The notes under the pieces were generated by a model. It was not told the origin of the DNA. It made no database searches and saw only the letters and a list, made by a program, of their open reading frames with translations. A program made the translations under genes and the position numbers. From Lobosporangium transversale (Eukaryota): a stretch of 64,000 bases of DNA. Of this stretch, positions 25,308 to 37,676 are shown piece by piece (position 1 is the first letter of the stretch; each line of letters begins with the position of its first letter). The DNA lies in assembly GCF_002105155.1 (NCBI RefSeq), contig NW_019029008.1, positions 62,001 to 126,000 of the forward strand, in the 5' to 3' direction.

Positions 25308-25488
25308 ATGGACGCAGCATTAACAACAATAGACACCAAACCCCAGTTACCCTGGTATCGCAGACTGAACCAGATGAAAGCACCATTGCTTGCGCTTATG
25401 GCCATGGCGCAGGTACACCTTCTTTTCTTCTCTTGGTGTTCTGGATCTTGTTTAGTACAATCTCCCCTAATATGCTTCCACTACACGT

Positions 25489-25521
<33 letters not shown>

Positions 25522-26972
25522 CTGCTTGACATTATTAACATTGGAAGTGTGGTAATTATATTGCCAGACATTATGCACCAAGTCGGCTTTAGAGCTGATC
25601 AATTGCAGTGGTAAGCCAAGCATGCTTTTTAGCTTTTTTTACCATTAAATCATTTAAATCACCAAAATCTGATCTCGATTTGTACATTGATTTAATATTG
25701 ATATATCAAGGGTGAGCTCAGCTTATGCACTTGCATTTGGTGCGCTCCTCCTGGTTGGGGGCCGTCTAGGTGATCTGTTTGGGCATCGGCGGATGTACAT
25801 ACTCGGTATTACATGGTTTTCAATTTGGTCACTTGTCAATGGGTTTGCCAAAAACCCAATTGTCATGTCCGTCGGACGGGCCTTGCAAGGAGTGGGTGCA
25901 GGATTTACAATCCCAAATGCCCTTGCAATCTTGACCACAACCTACCCTGCAGGGCCTGAGCGCAATCAAGCTCTTGCAGTCTTTGGAGGCAGTGGCGCGG
26001 TTGGATCTGTCCTTGGAGTCCTCCTGGGCGGTCTCCTTGGCTCGACTATAGGTAATAAAAAAAAAAATTACAGAGATGTGCGTGATAATTTACAACTCCA
26101 ATTAACATACCTTTTTCTTTCCCTTTCTTTACCTGTATTCCTTAACAGGATGGCGATGGATCTTTTACTTCACAGCGATTCTGGGCTTCATTATGGCTGC
26201 GCTTGCTATAGTTATTGTTCCCAAAGAGAGGGATATCTCTACAGTAGAGGATCGTCGCATTGATATAATGGGAAGCTTTTTATTTACGCTCGGTATTGTT
26301 GCAGTGATTTATTACTTGAGCGAAGGTCCTAATGCAGGCTGGGCTTCAGCCTTAGCCTTGGTACCTTTCTGTGTGGGGCTTGTATTCTTGCTCGGATTTT
26401 TGGTAGTGGAATGGAAAATCAAGTTTCCAATCATGCCTTTACATATTTGGCATTCTCGACGTTTAGTAGCCTCAACGTTGGCGATTATGAGTCAAACGGC
26501 CGCCACCAATGCCATGGTCTTTTTCTTTTCGTTGACAGCCCAAAACGTCCAGAGCTATTCTCCCATGACCACATCATTGTGTTTTATCGCCAATGGTCTT
26601 GGTTCACTCCTGTGTATGGCAATAATGACAAAGTTGGTGACGAAGGTTAGGACCAAAATCATTTCAGTCTTTGGTTCTATATGCTCTATTGCTTCTTTCG
26701 TCCTCTTAGCCCAGATAAAGGAAGATTCAAGTTATTGGTCCATAGCTTTCCCAGCTTTGATCCTCAACGCCCTGGGTATGGCGCCTATATGGCTCTGCTG
26801 CCAGATTAATTCTGTAGCCGATGCTAGGAATGAGGATCAGGGTGTTGTTGGAGCAAGTAAGTAAAAAAAGAGAAATGCATAAACGTGGATTATACAATCA
26901 AGTTTTTGTTTTGTAAATGTGCTACTTTTCTGACTTTCTACATTTGCTCTTTTTTTACCTTCATGGCCATGC

Positions 26973-27003
<31 letters not shown>

Positions 27004-27320
27004 ACAATGTTGCCGTTCAAATAGGTGCACCTCTCGGTGTGGCCATTTCCAATGTGGTTGCGAATAGTATAAACGCACCTGATGCTCAGGGAGTCGAACT
27101 CCTATCAGGTTACCGAGCCGCGTTCTACTCCGCGGCGGTCATGGGAGGAGTATGTCTCATCGTAGTTGTCCTCTTGGCTGCCAACCATGACCCTTCAAGG
27201 AGCCCAGAAGAAAATAACAGCATGTCAGGCAAGGCCACTGTTGGCTCCAAAGCTAATGAAGATCAGCTTGAACATGGGGAGGATAAAATTGGTTATTCTT
27301 CTACCAAAGAAGATTGTTAA
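25308..27320 (+). CDS. MFS drug:H+ antiporter (DHA2/14-TMS type)
   Basis: Five exons; motifs WVSSAYALAFGALLLVGGRLGDLFGHRR, GRALQGVGAG, GWRWIFY, EDQGVVG; many hydrophobic segments. Confidence 0.92.
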
Positions 27321-27966
27321 GTAGAGAAGGAAAAAGCGAGATGAACAAAGGTTGATGGTCGTGATAGTGATAAATAAATCAAAAGCGTACCATCCCAATA
27401 CTCTAAATGAATATGGTGTGGTGTGATTGATAATGTTTGGGGGTACGCTATAATTCCGTACAACGCGACTCTTGAATTAGTTTGCTGAATGAAATGAAAA
27501 CAACATTTGTTCTATACCGTTGCAGGCAACATTGGCACGGTCCAACTTTTTCGGGTCGGTCGGCTACAGGTCTAATACCCAATAGGACAAGATGTATCCG
27601 TTATCATCCAGTTCATTTTAACTAACTTTAATATTTGCAATACAGGCATAGCATGGTCAACATGGCGAAGTGCTCATGCTTCTCAAACAATCGGGCTACA
27701 CATGTGCCATTTTATTTTATTTTATTTTTTTACTCCACAGTAATCGGCTTGATAAATCCTATATCAACATGCAGGGCAAAGTGACAGACAAGGACAAACG
27801 TACAATTGAACTTGCATGTATAAAGGCAAACATTACGCTCTCTCTTCCTTTTTTTTTCCTTCTCTTTTTCCTCTTCCTCTCTTTCCTTGGCTTCTGCTCA
27901 TTCAGTTCATCCTACTCATTCCAACTCATTCTTCTTTCATTCCTGTAACATTAAAAAAAAAAAATT

Positions 27967-28537
27967 ATGGCACCGACTAATTCCGCTAATCTTGTTGTGG
28001 TAATCACTGGTTGTGATACCGGATTCGGTGCAGAGATCACCGAAGATCTGTACCAACGAGGAGGCTTCACCATCTATGCTACTTGCTTGACTGAACAGGC
28101 TGTAGAAGCCTACAAAGCCAGGCAGTCATCGCGTATCAGACCTCTCCAGATCGATGTCACAAAGCAGGACGATGTCAACCGTCTTCGTACTCAAATTGAG
28201 GAAGAATGTCCTCAAGGTGTTTATTGTCTCCTCAACAATGCCGGTAAATAAGATGAGGCTTTTTTTATTTTTATTTTCCTTCAAACTGAAGAGAGCGAAC
28301 AAGCTATTGTTCCTTTCTTTTCATAATTGTTTGAATGATTGATTTATTTATTTTATTTTTTTTACTTCTATGTATAGGAATCTATGCCGGAGGATTCTTT
28401 GATTTTGCAACCGAAGACAGTTTTCAGGTAAAGCAAGGGATGGGCAACAGAAGGAAGAAGAATGAACCACAAATCCGGATCATTGGGAAAAAAAGAATTT
28501 TATGAGGTGGTCTATTCTCAGGGGCACAATCGGCGTA

Positions 28538-28568
<31 letters not shown>

Positions 28569-29224
28569 AGAAACTTATGGATGTCAACTACATGGGCCTT
28601 ATTCGTATCTCCAAGGCTATGCTTCCTAGTCTACGCATTTATGCCAGATCTCGTCATAGTCCTCAGGGCAAACACTTACCTCGCGCACGTCTCCTCACTA
28701 TTACCTCCATTGCTGGTCGCGCCAACCCTCCAGGTCATGGTGGTTACAACGCTTCAAAACATGCTGCAGAATCTATTATGGATACACTGCGTGTAGAATT
28801 ATCCCCATTTGAGATTGATGTCTCGATGTTGGAACCTTTCTATGCCAAGACTCCCTTGGTTGCTGGTGCACATTCAGTTCTGGAACGATCATGGAAAGCA
28901 GCAGATATTTCGATTCAAAAGAGGTATGGATCTCAATTCGTTCAAGGTGTAAAGACTCATGCGGAAGAGCTTTATAACCGTTCCATGCCCTCCAAATGGG
29001 TTGTGGATGCTTCTGTCAGTGCCATCAGGAAGAAGAATGGGGCACAGAGGGCTCGTATCTTGATTGGCTTTTGGTGGGTCGGAACCTTAATTTGGTTGCA
29101 GGAGATAGCGCCGTCCTGGATCGTTGACTTTATCACTAAACTGATCATGAAGCGGCTTGGTGCCTGGCCTACAGACCCACTTTTGCTTAAAAGCTCAAGT
29201 CACTCTGATGTGAAAGGCATTTAA
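27967..29224 (+). CDS. Short-chain dehydrogenase/reductase (retinol/hydroxysteroid dehydrogenase-like)
   Basis: ITGCDTGFG, LLNNAG, catalytic YNASK; three exons. Confidence 0.92.
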
Positions 29225-29489
29225 ATCCCTAATCTATACTAGTATCATACACCTACACTATACATTTCTCTCTCTCTTTTACATGCTATTTACTTTTCTT
29301 TCAAAATAAAGGTATCGATTTAATTTTCAAACAAAAATTGAACTGCCATCGAAACCAAAGCCACGGACGGAGCAAAGTCGCAGCCACACAATTTTGCTTC
29401 AAAATAAAAACCTTCATTCATTCCATCCATCGAGCTCAAGACGCTTTTGTTTTTTTAACCCCCTGCTCCGACATCTTTTTTCTTCAGCC

Positions 29490-29920
29490 ATGGTCTTTTA
29501 CGAGCTTTTCTGCATCTCCAGGACTCGTCTTGTCGAGGTACTCTTTGTTTTTTTTTTTTTTATTTTTTTTTTAATATTGTTATCTGTTATGCGATAGATA
29601 CAAGAGCCAGCCATCTTTCAGGACAGACAAACACAGCTGTGCATGCGAATAATAGTAATGGCGATCAGTTTTTGCATCGGAAGAACACCTTGTTAATACA
29701 CAAGATAACAATAATTGGACTATATTACAGGACTGTAGAGATAGCAGATCTAAAAAAGAAAGAGGCCTGGAACCTAACAATTGATGTTCAAATACCAGCC
29801 CATTATATAACTGGATCATGCTATATACAGGATCACAAATAGCGATCGTTGAAGTTGGAAGATACGCATTTATATTTTATATTCTATATTGAGAAGGCAT
29901 AGCAGTTCATTGTCTTTTTC

Positions 29921-29952
<32 letters not shown>

Positions 29953-30377
29953 GGTTGAAATATCTCTACTAGGCCAACTTGAAAGACCTGGTCAAGCAAA
30001 CATCCTTGATCGTCATGAACAAGGGTGGAGTTGTTAGGAACCTGAAGCCTTTGGGAGAGAAACAATTGCCCTACCGTATCCGGAAACATCAAGAATATCA
30101 TATGCATGGGTTGTACGTATTTTTATTTATTTATTTATTTATCTCTAGTATGCAAAGAAAAAAGAAAAAAGACTTAATAACTAATTCTTATTTCCTTACA
30201 TATATATATATATGTAGTCAATGGCTAATGCAGTTTGATGCAAATCCAACAGTGATCAATGAACTCAACAAGAGGCTCAAGGTCGATCCTCGTGTTCTTC
30301 GACATGCTGTCATTCGCTTAGGATCCAAGCTGGAGGATATTGTTACTTCTGCAGAAAAGACTGGCACAAAACTTTAA
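29490..30377 (+). CDS. MRPS6: Mitochondrial ribosomal protein bS6m (Mrp17/MRPS6)
   Basis: MVFYELFCISR|...GGVVRNL...LPYRIRKHQEYH|..WLMQFDANP...LKVDPRVLRH; two introns. Confidence 0.88.
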
Positions 30378-30584
30378 ATACAACTTCCCAACTTTTATTT
30401 TTATTTTTTAACATCCATTTTGTAAAATAAATTACCATTCCTTTCTAGTTTAACAATTTTTTTTTATTAGAAGAAGGAAAAAAAAAAAAAAAAAAAAAAA
30501 AAAGGGAAATGGAAATGGAAATGGAAGAAGAACTTCTGATGGTATTAAAAAAGAAAAGGAAAGGAATAACCGTCTAAAATTGGA

Positions 30585-30875
30585 TCAGGTCAATTTGGAT
30601 GCCTTCTCGTAGAGTGATTCCACAACATTGGCCATATTCTTCATCGTATCCAATGCACTGTTATTTGTCTTGTCTGCAGGTGTGTCCTCAAAAACTACAA
30701 GGCATACAGCTCCTTGATTCAATACCTCCCAACAATGTCTTGTCCAAAAGCATTTGTGGAAGTTTGATGATATCTGCAATATGATAAATCTCGACCCCGA
30801 GAATGGCCCAATCACACGAATCAAGTTTTGCTCTACCTTTTTATCATATAGTGAGACGAGATGGGGTTTAATCAT
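30585..30875 (-). pseudogene. RPN6: 3' fragment of 26S proteasome lid subunit Rpn6
   Basis: IKPHLVSLYDKKVEQNLIRVIGPFS...VLNQGAVCLVVFEDTPADKT...MANVVESLYEKASKLT*, with a garbled middle and no 5' part. Confidence 0.8.
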
Positions 30876-31039
30876 AGGGCTGCTCTGCGAAAATAAGAAT
30901 AAAAACAAAAAAAAAAAAAAAAAAAAACGATCACTTAATCTGTTGAAGAGCTCCGAATCATTCAATACAAACAAACAAACAAGCAAGAAAATCAAGAATG
31001 CAACAAGAAATACTTTACGTTCACGGTAAGTGGGTAACG

Positions 31040-31380
31040 CCATGTCCGTGAGATGCGCATCCGAGGATATGCTCAGCTGTTGGAGTCTTACCGATCTGCT
31101 GCTATTCGGAGCATGACACATTCCTTTGGAGTGAGCGAGGAGTTCATTGACAAGTATGTAACATCAATTTTAGTTCTTGCGCTATTCTTTTTGTATTCCG
31201 CTAATAAGCCCTTTTTTTGCCTGATAAATATTATTACATAAGGATCTGTCCACGTTTATTTCAGCAGATCGCCACAACCGTGTGATCGACAAGGTGAACG
31301 GGATTGTTGAAACGAACAGACCTGATGCGAAGAACGCGCAATATCAGCAAGGAGACATTCTTTTGAGCCGCGTAATTAAG
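31040..31380 (+). pseudogene. RPN7: 3' fragment of 26S proteasome lid subunit Rpn7
   Basis: [18 protein letters not shown]...[19 protein letters not shown]...[31 protein letters not shown]. Retains intron 31154-31242; upstream in-frame stop and a small deletion. Confidence 0.85.
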
Positions 31381-31630
31381 GAAGAAAGAACTGAATAAAA
31401 AAAAATTAAACACATGTCTCGTGACTAGGATATAATGCAAATATCAACTCACATTGATAGGAAAATGACTATGCCCGTTTTTTATCGATCTTAGCCTTTT
31501 GTTCTCCACCTTCTTTTAATCTATAATTCTTTCTCTCCCTCACTGTCAAAAGACAAACTCTCACAAAAAAAGCCCTCATTTCATCTCTATTTTTTTTTTT
31601 TTTTTTTTTTTCTTACTCATTCAACCAACA

Positions 31631-32796
31631 ATGGCAACTAAGGTAGTTGAAACGAACAGGGTCAGCACTCAGGGACAATACGCTCGAAACACGCTTAATT
31701 TATAAAATTGAAACAGGCATTGATCTTTTCATCTTTTTCTTTTATATTTCCTTCAAAAAAAAAAACGATATTATTACGGTGTTATCATCAGCGGAAAGAC
31801 CCAGCGGTGTATACATTGACTGCAGGATCCATTGCAGGAGCAATTGAGGCTACGATTACTTATCCGACAGAGTTTGTCAAGACACAGTTGCAACTACAAC
31901 AGGGATCCAAGAGCAGTAGTCCTGTCCAAAAAAGTGCCACGGTAATAATAATAATTTTTGAATTTCAGCCGTGTATGTTGGAGTAATAGTCGTTGTAGTA
32001 CTCAGCAACGGTGATAGTCAAGTTTAAATCAACAAGAAGATCAGGGATGATCAGATCTGATACAAAACGAGATTATATTTTTTTTTTTGGGTGATCAAAA
32101 AATCTAAATTTGACTGCTTTTTTTTATTACATGCATCTCATTCACTCCTATTGCATATCATATTTTAGGCACCCAAGGGACCAATTGATATTTTAGTGAG
32201 CACAGTCAGGACGCAGGGACTCACCGCCATCTATCGAGGCTTGTCTGCTATGGTCATTGGCAACACTGCCAAAGCAGGGGTCCGCTTCTTTTCATTTGAA
32301 CAATACAAAAATCTGCTCAAGGATTCAGAGGGGAAAACCACAGGCGTTCGATCTGTCCTTGGTAAAAAAAAAAAAAAATAGATTTAAAATTGCTTTCAAG
32401 GTCCTCCAATGATATGGTCATATTCACCAGGAAAACCTCTTTTTTTTTTTTTTTTTTTTTTTTCAAAAGCTGGACTTGGAGCTGGTATGACAGAAGCTTT
32501 GTTTGTAGTGACGCCTTCAGAAACTATCAAGTAAGAATTTTTTTATTTTATCGGATGAACCGCATACCATAACTTATACAATATAGCAAAGTAAGCAAGA
32601 GACGGACAATCTAGATCTAATATAAAAACATACTTGGCATCTTTTCTAATATCACAGGACAAAGCTTATTCATGATGGAAACTCTGCCAACCCACAGTAC
32701 CGTGGTCTAGTTCATGGTTAGTGTTTACTCTTGCGAGACACCATAGCATCGTTAGATTGGTGAGTATTAATCTTATACCTTGGTATCTGTCTGCTA

Positions 32797-32833
<37 letters not shown>

Positions 32834-33506
32834 CTTACTGTTCAAACATATAAACAGGCGTGAAGACGATTGTCAAAGCTGAAGGGCTTGGTGGCATTTA
32901 TCGAGGAGTGATCCCTGTAATGGCTCGTCAAGGTGCTAACAGCGCCGTTCGATTCGGTGTTTATTCAAGTCTCAATGATTTAGTCAAGGCGCGGATGATG
33001 GCATCAGGAACACAACAGATGCCAGCAGCATATACCTTTGGCATTGGAGCCATTGCAGGCATTGTGACGGTTTACACAACCATGCCATTGGATGTAGTCA
33101 AAACCAAGATGCAAGGGTTGAATGCACGTCAACTCTACTCTGGCGTATTTGACTGCTGCTGGAAAGTATTCAAAAATGAGGGTCTCTTGAGTTTTTGGAA
33201 TGGAGCAACGCCTCGGTTGGCACGCCTCTCGGTAATAATAAATATATTAAAAGTCTCGAAGATTGCGTTATGTTGTGTTGTGTCATATTCGTTTTTTTTT
33301 ATTTTTTTTTTTTTATTTTTATTTTTATTTTTTTTAAGAAACGATTGTCTTGAGCAATATAGGAACTAACGCGAATATTGTTTACTCTTACTTTTTTACT
33401 TTTTTTTTTTTCTTATCAGATGTCCGGTGGAATTGTGTTCAGTATATATGAGAGCACGATGACTATTCTCCGCAAGCTTGACAACTTTAGTCCTCTGCAC
33501 TCATGA
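31631..33506 (+). CDS. CTP1: Mitochondrial citrate/tricarboxylate carrier (SLC25)
   Basis: Three carrier signatures (YPTEFVKTQLQ, TPSETIKTKL, MPLDVVKTKMQ) plus GNTAKAGVRF, RQGANSAVRF and GATPRLARL; multi-exon. Confidence 0.9.
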
Positions 33507-33719
33507 TTCAAACAAGCCTTGAAAAAGTCATGTTTGACGCCGTTCGACAAAAAATCCTCCTTGGAAATATTATAGATAATGGCCAGAAAGACCAATAATA
33601 ATAAAAAGAAAAAAAGCATCCAATTTAGTTCTTAGTATTTTCTTAGGAATACCAAGATGGAATATAAATAGGCAAATGCACAGAGGTCGTTTTTGTGCCT
33701 ACTTTTCAAATGTGCTACC

Positions 33720-34765
33720 TGTCCCTCCAGAGGCTACCAGTATAGATGTATTCCTTAACTGAGTTCCGCAATTTAGAACCGAAAGGTTCCAACCCCTACC
33801 TGTTAAGGCGGAGACTGAATGCAAGACCCTCACTCAAGGCCCTAATGAATCCGTTGGTTACTTCAGCGGATCTGAATAGACGAGATATCTAGAGAATATA
33901 AATGGGAAAGAGGAGAGGAAGCCTTTTAACTGTTCATGTCTGGCCAAGATGAATTTTTTTTTTCCTCTTCTCTGGCTTTGAGGCACCAAATATCTTTTTC
34001 CTTTAGATCATTTATACAGGTCTGTCTACAACTCGCATATATCTACAACTTATTTGTACTCTCACTTCCTGAATTTACAAAAGACGTGGAGTTAGAGTGC
34101 TCACCATCAAAACTGATGAGTGTGCAACATCTTTTTTTCCTTCATTATTTCCCTAAATCATGGCGGCAGACATCACTTTGATAAATAGGGAGATTTAAAA
34201 GAATAAAGTGCTGCGCCTTCAGAGGTGAATAAAAAAATACATTCAACCTTAATGGTATGGTTCATGTCGCCGTTTGGCTTTAGTATCGCGAATCTATATG
34301 AATCTCAAGGCTCTTTTAAGTGTGTCTCTTCCACTTCTTTTTTTCCACCCAAGTATGTATTCCTTTAGTGCTATATAACCTGGGTAATTCATCAAATGCT
34401 TAACTGGACGTGAAACTCTCTCTGCTTTACTTCCCCAGACACAAATGTGATGGTGACTTACTATTTATCTTTCTATTCACCATCTAATTGTACATTTTCA
34501 AACATTCTGAATAGACAGTAGAGATGGCTGTTATTCTGTGAAAAAAAAAAAAAGAAAAGCCTTTTACACCTTACCTCGTTGCTTCTGCTGAGATGAGAAA
34601 ACTTTTAACGCAAACAATACTACGAACTATTGAGTTGCCTATTAGGTTCAAGGCACCGTAATGCATGAGGCTCTAATATACGGAATGTTTAATATTGAAA
34701 CATGGCTGCTTGATCGGCCCCTTACATCTCAGACTGGACGCCTCTTATAGTGCTATGAAAGGTGA
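33720..34765 (+). mobile_element. Very degenerate Ty3/Gypsy LTR-retrotransposon relic
   Basis: In the correct order on one strand: gag-like LTQGPNESVGYF (33829-33864), RT-leader-like PYLVASAEMRKLLTQ (34569-34613) and RNase H-like PLHLRLDAS (from 34719); many stops, no LTR found. Confidence 0.35.
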
Positions 34766-35690
34766 CACTCTACCTTAAATAAGCCTGGTCTGTCTAAACC
34801 ATGACAATAACACGCACGGCTGCTGCTTCAAGTACAGGTGATTTTCTTCCTATTTAATTGTCAGACGAGACCGGTGACTGAGCATCTATATCCTTCGCTT
34901 GTTATAGACAGCGCTGGATCGGATCAGCCAATAAGGATAGATTCTATATCGCATCAGCTATCTGAGGGATCCACCCCTTTAAGTTTCTTTATCCCATACT
35001 AGGTCATGTTCCCCTAGTGTTACCCCTTTCGACACCTTCTTATGCCAATTTGAACTCGTCCAAAGCAATGATAGCATGAAGGCATCTGCTTCAGCCACGG
35101 TTGGAGTAGTAACCAATTGATACCTTCGCCAAATTGGGCTTCACAACAACACGGTAATGCAACAAACAAAGCTCTATATCCTTTCTTCTCGCTGAGGAAG
35201 GCTCTTCCTACCAACTATTTCACTGCCGACTTTAAAACATAACAAGGAACGGGGGCGCAAAGGCATCAGTTGAACAGCATAGAGACTACATGGTTGTTTT
35301 TTAAATCATGCAAGCCATCCGTTTGCATTCACTCTCTTAATACTCCTTTTTTTTTTTTTTTTTTTTTTTTTCGCTTCCTGCAAGAGGAAAGAGGGATGTG
35401 GGGCTATCATTTGCCACAGTAGCTGAGTAAAGATTTGTGGGCTGTGCCTAAACACGCTTGCAATATCCCCCTGTGATTTTTGTATATAATAAACATGAGA
35501 ACGTTGAGCTCTACCCATAACTAAACTGAAGTGGTATACGTAGATACTTAGTAGCCAAACATCTCTCCACAGATATGTCGCTAGTGGAAGACTAATACCA
35601 CAGCCGTGCTCATGATTGTTGTTCAGTTCTCCATGTTGCCAAAAAAAAAAAAAAAAAAAAAAAAAGAGTTCAGGTACCTCTATCAAGAAT

Positions 35691-37676
35691 CGTGCTATTT
35701 AGTTGTTTGAGAAAGTTTAAACAGATATACCTAATTGGCAAGATCATAGAGTTGTGCGAGATAAGAGTTGGTTTTGGTCATTGGGAACGCCACAGTGGGC
35801 TACTTCATACGATGCCCAATTTGCTCCAAAGAGTCAAAGAGACTTGATCAGCAAAGTCACGTCTGTTGAACTAATTAGGCTGTCTCTCGTAATGTTTTCT
35901 ACCATACTCCTAATAATGAGACAGACAGAGGGTGCTGCAAGCTTTGTGCACATGTCTATGTGTATGTGTGTGTATGTAAGACACTAAGAATTTAATTACA
36001 ATGTCCTTGTGTACTACCAGCCATTGTTTACGCCTACAAATATGGATGCACCTTTTCTTTTTCTTTGATGGAGATTTTTATGCAGAAAAACAATGATAGA
36101 AAACGGAGCATTCAACAAAAAAAAAAAAAGCTGCTCATTTTGCATACTCTTGCTAAGGAGTAAGCCACTGTAATTGTAAGTTGTATTTATCCATACTGGG
36201 CCTTTTGAAGCATTCAGCCTAACAAGGCATGAGTAGATCAATGGAAGATGCATTGATACATTGATACATTGAAATCAGACATACAAACATATAAATAGGG
36301 GTGTGGGAGAAAAATAACAGTAGAGATGAGATACGATGCAGATATCTGTCAATCCAGATCTCTCTCGTCCACTTTGGTTAATCAGTTATAGCCTTTATTA
36401 CTTACAAGACCATTTTAAATAAAAGATTGGACCCTCCAGCCTTAGTCCCAATACCATCTCAATTGAGAGCGGAAGCGTGGGATCCTTCTCTCAGAGCCAC
36501 AGGATGCAAAGTCCTCAACCTTTATGAACTCCCAATGAGTTGTGCGGCTTGTAGGTCCATTAGCGTACTCCAGAGCAATACGTGGAGGAAAGATTCGAAA
36601 GGGTGCGATACCGATAGAAAGGTCCTGACCATCAACTTGCTTGGGATAGACAATATTATGGTGGCCTTTTTCTACACCACTCTGTGTAATCCTCCATTTC
36701 TGTTGTTCATGGCCAGCAACAATAAAGGCATGGGAATGAGGCTCACCCCCTTTCACTCCGAGGTAGCGACCAGTCTCTGGGCTTGAGATGGTGACATGGT
36801 CATCATCAATGTGTTTGATGTGCCAAACTTGGTCAAGGTTGTCGTCCTCACTTATAAAGTAGGCAGGCGTTTCCGACTCCGACTTTTGCGCACTAAGCAG
36901 GGAATCGTATTGGCTGATACGGTAGTGCCCATCACCAAGGGCTCCAGCGAACGCCACTTGTAATAAGATAAGGAGGGCAGCCAAGAAGGCAACTGACCGA
37001 ACCATAGCTGAAAGGAAAAAACACAAGGTCAGCACCAGTTTGCTTTTGAATATCTAGTTCGTTAGACAGTAGTACCAGGAATAGAGAGTACAAAATGGCT
37101 GAAAGTTGAAAGTACATACCTGCAATGTCGATGCTTCTGAAAAAGAGTAATGTGTTAGGATCTTTTCGGGGTAGAAAGGTGGTAGGCGGGAGGTCTGAGA
37201 AAAAAAATTAGAAAAGAGAAAGAAGCCTATTTAAATGTTTTCATCCAGTTGGTATTATTTTTATTCCCATGGCTTTGAGGCACCTACATCTTTCTCAATT
37301 CCTTTAAATCATGTATACGCGTCTACCAACGTGCTATCCCTATCTGGATCGTAAATGACACCTATGCTTGACAGGATTGCGCATTTATTCAATTAGTGCG
37401 GGAAGATGGTACGCACGGCTCGCTATCAGGTCCAATGAGCATTCGTGTAGAGGCAGGATGGTAGCCCCTACCATCTGTGCATCCCTTTTTTTGCGCCTAG
37501 GTGGCCTGCGAATTGTCCGAGGGACATTTTACTTCATAGATACATCACAGAGACAGACATTGTTACGATTTGATACGAAGGATCAAATGAACAAATCAAC
37601 TCAACTTGGGACTCTGAGTATACATTTCTTTAACCCAAAAAATTCTCCACCCAAGCAAACTTAATCCAACCAACTA
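35691..37676. repeat. ~2 kb inverted duplication, arm A (partner 42028-44047)
   Basis: Reverse complement of 42028-44047 apart from scattered substitutions and small indels. Confidence 0.97.
36442..37005 (-). CDS. Secreted ricin-B/beta-trefoil-like protein (187 aa), copy A
   Basis: ATG after a 5'-UTR intron; signal peptide MVRSVAFLAALLILLQVAFA; QVW, QKW and HWEF repeats, GRYL motif. Fold call is by pattern only. Confidence 0.8.
   Translation of the reverse strand: MVRSVAFLAALLILLQVAFAGALGDGHYRISQYDSLLSAQKSESETPAYFISEDDNLDQVWHIKHIDDDHVTISSPETGRYLGVKGGEPHSHAFIVAGHEQQKWRITQSGVEKGHHNIVYPKQVDGQDLSIGIAPFRIFPPRIALEYANGPTSRTTHWEFIKVEDFASCGSERRIPRFRSQLRWYWD

Noticed and set aside
33770..33875. GAACC-GAAA-GGTTC tetraloop and nearby hairpins as a structured ncRNA
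   Set aside because: No recognisable RNA family; the stretch reads better as a degenerate gag fragment.
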